From contig JANQPP010000026.1 of assembly GCA_028289405.1 (NCBI GenBank), positions 17,501 to 81,500 on the forward strand: a DNA stretch of 64,000 bases, written 5' to 3'. The position numbers and the translations under genes were made by a program. The notes beneath the pieces were generated by a model, which was not told where the DNA came from, made no database searches, and saw only the letters and a list, made by a program, of their open reading frames with translations. Positions 58,622 through 64,000 of the stretch are shown here, piece after piece (within the stretch, counting starts at the first letter, position 1; the number at the start of each line of letters is the position of its first letter). The stretch comes from Pirellulales bacterium (GTDB lineage: Bacteria; Planctomycetota; Planctomycetia; Pirellulales; JANQPP01).

Positions 58622-59500
58622 GTGGCAACCGTGCACGTGCCCGTGCTAGCCGAACAAGTTGTTGAGCTGCTCGACGTCCAGCTGGGACAAACCGTGGTGG
58701 ACGGCACACTTGGGGGAGGCGGGCACACGCGGTTATTGGCCCAAGCCGTGGGCGGCAAGGGGTTGGTGCTGGCACTGGACCGCGACCCTCACGCTATCGA
58801 GGCCGGGCAAGCCGCGTTGGCCGGTTTGCCCGTACGATTGCGGCAGAGTAATTTCGCCGCCCTACCGGTGATTCTGGCCGACGAAGGGCTGGCTGCCGTA
58901 GACGCGATCCTCCTGGATTTAGGTCTCTCCAGCGACCAACTCGCCGACGACGCGCGTGGTTTCAGTTTTCAATCGGCCGGGCCGCTCGATTTGCGATTCG
59001 ATCCGCGCGAGGGCCGGCCCGCATGGCAATGGATCGATGAGCTTTCGGAGAAAGATTTGGCCAATCGAATTTACGAGTACGGTGAAGAACGCTTCAGTCG
59101 GCGAATCGCTCGAGCCATTAAAAGCGAGACACCTGCTGGAGGCGAGTGGACCGCGAGCGGATTGGCCGCACTAATCGCCCGCGTGTTGCCCAAGGGAAAA
59201 GCACGCTCACGCATTCATCCCGCGACGCGGACTTTTCAGGCGTTGCGGATTTTGGCCAATGAGGAACTCGACTCGCTAGAACGGGCATTGCAAGCTTTCC
59301 CCGATTGCCTTGATCCTGGTGGCAAGTTGGCGGTGATCTCTTTCCATTCCCTGGAAGACCGCCTGGTGAAGTGGGCGTTCCGCGACAGTCCCCGCTGGCA
59401 GGTCCTAACCAAGAGACCCCTACGCCCCAGCGAAGAGGAAGTTTCACGGAATCCCCGCAGCCGCAGCGCGAAGTTGCGAGTCGCCTCCGCCATTGGCTGA
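58622..59500 (+). CDS. rsmH: 16S rRNA m4C1402 methyltransferase RsmH (MraW)
   Basis: 'HVPVL', 'DGTLGGGGHT', 'DLGLSS.QL...RGFSF', 'HPATRTFQALRI..N.EL', 'ISFHSLEDR', 'NPRSRSAKLR'. Confidence 0.97.
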   Translation: MATVHVPVLAEQVVELLDVQLGQTVVDGTLGGGGHTRLLAQAVGGKGLVLALDRDPHAIEAGQAALAGLPVRLRQSNFAALPVILADEGLAAVDAILLDLGLSSDQLADDARGFSFQSAGPLDLRFDPREGRPAWQWIDELSEKDLANRIYEYGEERFSRRIARAIKSETPAGGEWTASGLAALIARVLPKGKARSRIHPATRTFQALRILANEELDSLERALQAFPDCLDPGGKLAVISFHSLEDRLVKWAFRDSPRWQVLTKRPLRPSEEEVSRNPRSRSAKLRVASAIG

Positions 59501-59503
59501 CGA

Positions 59504-60598
59504 CTATTGAACGGGCGCGTGGCGTTTGCGTCTCGCCCATGCCCAGCCGATCTGGCACGCACTCCCCCCCAGCAAAAACAACCAAATCGCGGCAGGCTCT
59601 GGCACGGCGACGGCCACCGGTTCGGCCAAGCTACCGAAATTCTCCTTGAAGATACGAAAGTCATTGAGGTCGACGTCATTGTCCAAATCGACATCCCCTT
59701 CGGAAAGCGAAGCGGGGCTGTTGGAGAAATGATCCCTCAGCTCGATGAAATCGCTGAGGTCGACATCCAAATCATGGTTGATGTCTCCTGGCCTAGCCGA
59801 AGTGTAATGCTTCTGAATTTGCTGAGTCGTTAGCGCTCTTGGGTAGATCGCTAGCTCGTCAAGCGCGCCATGGAACGAGGTGAGACCGTCACGAAGCCCG
59901 ACGGTCAGCTCGCGGTTCAGACCGGCGCTGACCGGCGTGAGCGGCGCGCCCGGATCAAACGCTTCCCACAGCTCGCCATTGCGGTAAAAGCTGAGTGAGT
60001 TGTCGGCCCCCATCACCACGGCCACGTGGTGCCAAGATGGCGATTGAAAAAAAGGCTGTTCGCGCGCGGTCCGCAAATTGGAGACCCCAAACTTGCGGAA
60101 GGAGAGATTCCCGCCATTTTGGAAGATACCGAACCCGCCGCTGGCTTGATTTGCCGGATCACCGTTTCCTAGCAAAAACCGATTGCCTTCCGTACCGGCG
60201 GGCATGACCCAAAATTCCACCGTGAAATTATTCGTTCGTCCGTTGAGGGCCGCATTCGATCCGAACGAAATCTGCCCGGGTTCATCAATGCTGAAAAACT
60301 TGGCACTATCGGGTTCGCCGGTTGGGGCGCCGGGGAAATCGAAGACTCGCTGACGGTAGGCGCCGTCTCGCGCGCCGCCTGAAAAATCCTCCACGATTTG
60401 TTGTGCCGCAACCCCCTTGAAGCGGGCTTCACCCAATCGCCAATAGCCCTCGGGTTGGTCGGAAAGTACCGCCGCGGAGTAAGGAAACGCCTGGCCAATT
60501 TGAGGGCAGAACGTGAGCAGCATTCCCCACAGCAATCCGGCTTGCCAAATGCCCGAGAGTCCGGCTGACTTTTCCAATGGCCGTGGGATGCAAATCAT
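59504..60598 (-). CDS. LamG-like jellyroll + dockerin-like + PEP-CTERM surface protein
   Basis: 'YWRLGE', 'FTVEFWV', 'WHHVAVV', 'GALDELAIYPRALT'; 'GDINHDLDVDLSDF', 'GDVDLDNDVDLNDF'; 'VPEPAAIWL...RRKR'. Confidence 0.88.
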   Translation of the reverse strand: MICIPRPLEKSAGLSGIWQAGLLWGMLLTFCPQIGQAFPYSAAVLSDQPEGYWRLGEARFKGVAAQQIVEDFSGGARDGAYRQRVFDFPGAPTGEPDSAKFFSIDEPGQISFGSNAALNGRTNNFTVEFWVMPAGTEGNRFLLGNGDPANQASGGFGIFQNGGNLSFRKFGVSNLRTAREQPFFQSPSWHHVAVVMGADNSLSFYRNGELWEAFDPGAPLTPVSAGLNRELTVGLRDGLTSFHGALDELAIYPRALTTQQIQKHYTSARPGDINHDLDVDLSDFIELRDHFSNSPASLSEGDVDLDNDVDLNDFRIFKENFGSLAEPVAVAVPEPAAIWLFLLGGSACQIGWAWARRKRHAPVQ

Positions 60599-60945
60599 GC
60601 GTTACTCCATCTTTGCCAGGCGGTTCCATCATTTGTCCGAAAGGCGATAAAGCAGACGTGCGCCTGGCGGCACAGGCCAGTCCAAAATCCTCTCTCGGAA
60701 ACAAATAGGAAAACTATGAAATCTTTACCTGTTAGTCAAGAAAACTGCTTGGCTTGAGACAAAATGACATGAAATGACTTGAAGTGAACCGACGTCCATC
60801 GTGTCCGGTTTACCGGAGTGGGCAGAGTTGAGCGGGATGAGGCCTTTAGATATGTTTGGCGTTGAGTTGCGGCAAAGCCAAGATTTCGTACTCACCTTTG
60901 CCCGGTAGCCTCCACATCAAAATCGAGAGCGACCAGGAGCCAAGC

Positions 60946-61776
60946 ATGGGCTTGTTTGACGGTAAGAAAGGGCTCATTCTCGGAGTGGCCAATGACTATT
61001 CCATTGCTTGGGCGATCGCGCGATATGTGATGTCCGAGGGTGCGGAATGTGGGTTTTCGCATCTGCCCGATCGTCCCGATGATGAGCGGCAGCGAAATCG
61101 GCGGCGCGTGGCCCAACTCACGGACAAGGAACCTCAAGCAAAGTTTCTATTGCCCTTGGACGTGACCCGCGATGAATACATGGCGGCGATCGCGGAGAAA
61201 TCCCGCGAAGAGTTCGGGAAGCTCGATTTCGTGCTCCATTCGATGGCCTTTGCTTCGCTGAACGACCTGAAGAACGATACCATCGCCACGAGCCGCGAGG
61301 GATTCAAAACCGCGATGGAAATCAGCGCGTACAGCCTGCTGCATGTAGCCCACGCCGTGCAGGATTGCATGTCGGACAGCGGTTCCATTCTCGCCATGAC
61401 CTATTTTGGGGGTGAGAAAGTCGTGCCCGGCTACAACGTAATGGGGATTTGTAAGGCCGCGCTGGATGCGGCGGTGAAATACGCCGCATTCGATTTGGGG
61501 CCTCGAGGGATTCGCGTCAACGCAATCAGTGCCGGGCCGTTGAGAACTCTGGCTGGGCGTGGAGCGGGTGTTGAGGAGATGCTCCTGTTTTACGAGCGCG
61601 TCGCCCCTTTGGGACGCAATATCACACATGAGGAAGTGGGGCGAGCAGGCGGCTTCTTGCTGTCACCCCACTCCGCAGGCATCACCGGCGAAATCCTGCA
61701 CGTGGACGCCGGCTACAATATCATGGGGACGCCCGGGCGTCTGCTGGAGGATCTCAAGCAGAACGCCAATTCTTGA
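60946..61776 (+). CDS. fabI: Enoyl-ACP reductase FabI
   Basis: 'GVANDYSIAWAIA', 'ISAYSL', Y-X6-K 'YNVMGICKAAL', 'IRVNAISAGPLRTLA', 'ITGEILHVDAG'; AGGAG Shine-Dalgarno. Confidence 0.95.
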   Translation: MGLFDGKKGLILGVANDYSIAWAIARYVMSEGAECGFSHLPDRPDDERQRNRRRVAQLTDKEPQAKFLLPLDVTRDEYMAAIAEKSREEFGKLDFVLHSMAFASLNDLKNDTIATSREGFKTAMEISAYSLLHVAHAVQDCMSDSGSILAMTYFGGEKVVPGYNVMGICKAALDAAVKYAAFDLGPRGIRVNAISAGPLRTLAGRGAGVEEMLLFYERVAPLGRNITHEEVGRAGGFLLSPHSAGITGEILHVDAGYNIMGTPGRLLEDLKQNANS

Positions 61777-61874
61777 TCGTGACCACCGCCTCAATGAGTT
61801 AGGTCCACGAAGAAGACCCGACGGATTCGCCGGGTCTTCATGCGTTGCCAGGCGATATTTTCTACCGTCCGCGA

Positions 61875-62324
61875 TTACTTCTTGGCGGGAGGCAATTCAA
61901 AGTCGAACGTGTTATCGGAATCGGGGCCCACTTCCACTTCGAGGGGAGTTGTCTCAGCTTTCTCGTATTCGTTCGCGATCACTCCTCCCTTGCGGTTGCG
62001 GGGAGGCGGATACGTAGAAATCGTAAATGAGACCTTGTATTTGCCGGCAAATGCACCATCACCCGGCTTCACCGTCGTCAAGGTGTAGCTACCATCTTCT
62101 TGAATCGTGCCGCTGGCCCCTTTGGCCAAACGGCTATCCCCTCGTAGCCGCCTCTCCGGGTTGAAGGTGATCGTGTTAATCCCGTTGGGCACCAGCGGCA
62201 CCGTGCCATCTTCCATTTTTACATTGCCCGAAACGGGATACATTTCCTGGGGAGCATTGCTGCCGCACCCCGTTGCCAGCAGGCAAATTCCCGCTATGGC
62301 CGTCTGCATCAACCATCGTTTCAA
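61875..62324 (-). CDS. Lipoprotein with carboxypeptidase-regulatory-like fold (usual DUF1559 partner)
   Basis: Lipobox 'LLATG|C'; 'PVSG.V..DG', 'G.I..DG.YTL.T....DGA..G.YKV', 'TTPL.VEV....NTFDFEL'; TTG start behind an AAGGAGG Shine-Dalgarno. Confidence 0.85.
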   Translation of the reverse strand: MKRWLMQTAIAGICLLATGCGSNAPQEMYPVSGNVKMEDGTVPLVPNGINTITFNPERRLRGDSRLAKGASGTIQEDGSYTLTTVKPGDGAFAGKYKVSFTISTYPPPRNRKGGVIANEYEKAETTPLEVEVGPDSDNTFDFELPPAKK

Positions 62325-62501
62325 CGTATCATCCCTCCTTCCGAGAGTGTTTTCAGTTTTTTTTCTAGACGTGCCCGCATTGTGCGGTACGCCGCGTTCG
62401 AACGCTAGAGGCTTTTTCACAAAAAACGAGGACGCGCCAACTCTGTACGTGGCGCGTCCTCGCATGAAGTTTATCAGTGGCCTACGACAACTGGCCAAAG
62501 A

Positions 62502-63542
62502 TTATTGCAGGATTCTCGACATGTCGACAGCGATCCCATCCACGGGAGAGCAGAAACGGTCCCAAGGCGCGAAGAAGTCGCCATATTCGCCGGAAGTCTC
62601 TACAAAGTTGCTGATGAAATGGACGCTGGCATCGGCGGTCGCCGCGTGAACACCGCCTGGATGCAAGCTACGGGGCGCGGCTTGCCAACTCACGTTGCAA
62701 TCCCGCCAGCAACTCATGCAGGCAGCGTCGAGGACGGACTCACCCACGTTACTTGGGTTAACGAGCCACGGACAGTCCTCGATATCGTCCGATCGCTGAT
62801 TACAGGGATTTGGGCCGTTGGCATCCCCATTAAGGCCATGTTTGAATAGCCCGCTCGCTCCAGCGGTCCCCATGGCCCACACGCCTCGCCGGTCGCGTGC
62901 ATGGATCTGGCCGCCGTTACGGACTTCCGACAGCAACATAGTGTTGGATGTGCCGTCGCTAATCTCGGCGATGGAGAGGGAACGATTGTGCGACATGACC
63001 CCCATCCGTTCCGGATCGGACGTCCAGCTACCGAGAGAGTCGCTAGAGAATTCAAGCGAACCGTTGCAGGCATAATTGCCCCGGGCCCAGTTATCCCCTT
63101 CCTGACGTTGGCGTCCTTCACCAAATTTGACGTTGTGGCCAGCGTCTGACGGGCAGACGAAGCTGGAAACCACGACGCCCCTCGCCTCCCGGTTGTTAGC
63201 GTGGCTGATGAACTGCGTGAGGTCGAAAGAGTCCTGGAGGGCCTGCTGTTCCATGAAGGGGAGAATGTTGATGATCCAGTTTGGTTGAAACTGATCGCTG
63301 GTGGCGGGGTTTTCTCCCTCGGGAAACACGATTCCTGGGGGAAACGCCTTGTGTTGATCGTGATAATTGTGAAGAGCCAAGGCCGCTTGCTTCAGGTTAT
63401 TTACGCACTGCATGCGGCGGGCCGCTTCCCGAGCCGACTGGACGGCGGGCAGCAACAGCGCCACCAAGATCCCGATAATTGCAATTACCACCAACAGTTC
63501 CACCAAGGTGAAACCATTCGCTGAACGTCCTCTGTTTGCCAT
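62502..63542 (-). CDS. DUF1559 prepilin-type protein (H-X9-DG family)
   Basis: '[37 protein letters not shown]', 'ISDGTSNT', 'SLHPGGVHAATADASVHFI'; GGAGGAGG Shine-Dalgarno. Confidence 0.95.
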   Translation of the reverse strand: MANRGRSANGFTLVELLVVIAIIGILVALLLPAVQSAREAARRMQCVNNLKQAALALHNYHDQHKAFPPGIVFPEGENPATSDQFQPNWIINILPFMEQQALQDSFDLTQFISHANNREARGVVVSSFVCPSDAGHNVKFGEGRQRQEGDNWARGNYACNGSLEFSSDSLGSWTSDPERMGVMSHNRSLSIAEISDGTSNTMLLSEVRNGGQIHARDRRGVWAMGTAGASGLFKHGLNGDANGPNPCNQRSDDIEDCPWLVNPSNVGESVLDAACMSCWRDCNVSWQAAPRSLHPGGVHAATADASVHFISNFVETSGEYGDFFAPWDRFCSPVDGIAVDMSRILQ

Positions 63543-64000
63543 GTTTGGCGACCTCCTCCGAATAGGAAAGAAATGTTTAAAAGCTCAATGAATTTGGCAC
63601 CTTACGACACCGCACCCTGCGGTGGCTCCGTGTGCCGTGGCGACCACCCGCACGACAGCAACAGATGGCCTGCCTCTCTAAACCTGGTGTCCAAGAAACT
63701 GATCACTCGGCACAGGAAGAATTCGTACCAAGGCCCACAACTTGCTGAACCGGCAGGATCTGTCCATACAAGCTGATGCATTTTAGCTTACGTGGATCGT
63801 AGTTGGTTGCCCAAGTTTTGTCAAACAAGATAAACGGGAATTCTCATTGAAAATCGGTTTTATCGAGGAAAATGGCCCGATTCAGTGTGAATTCACACCA
63901 TCGAGCATCCTTTTTTGGGGTAAATACTGCATGTCATGCCCCAAGACATTTTTAGTGCGAACTCACCAGCCGGCATGGCTACTCAGGCAAGCGGCCGATG

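Noticed and set aside
1-64000. tRNA, rRNA, CRISPR array, integrase or transposase, prophage, defence genes
   Set aside because: No supporting motifs seen in the ORFs or intergenic DNA by eye; a tRNAscan/Infernal run would be needed to exclude small RNAs fully.

Overview
64-kb, high-GC (roughly 60%) chromosomal segment. It is almost certainly from a planctomycete (Pirellulales-like), based on two DUF1559 prepilin-like genes, a planctomycete 'LEPRxLLA' export signal, PEP-CTERM and dockerin-like surface proteins, and an orphan rsmH. The window is rich in surface-appendage genes: (i) a partial Tad/Flp locus (two near-identical flp, cpaA, tadE, cpaB, cpaC, cpaE) preceded by a clear c-di-GMP-I (GEMM) riboswitch; (ii) a type IV pilus/T2SS-like cluster (secretin, PilP/O/N/M-like, PilC, MshEN-PilB/GspE, pilin) interleaved with a STAS protein, a PAS histidine kinase, a response regulator, two small unknown proteins and a divergent HD-GYP phosphodiesterase; (iii) a ~980-aa secretin-like protein made only of N-domains. 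Housekeeping and metabolic genes include sppA, rlmKL, rsmH, fabI, UbiD, MOSC, an S41 peptidase and a sigma-54 activator. Non-coding highlights are a 155-bp multi-hairpin MITE/ncRNA-like element, a REP-like palindrome and several terminators. One of two paralogous trypsin-like protease genes is broken by two compensating frameshifts. I saw no rRNA, tRNA, CRISPR array or transposase. All calls come from reading motifs by eye; no database searches were run, and some start codons are my re-picks from the ORF track.
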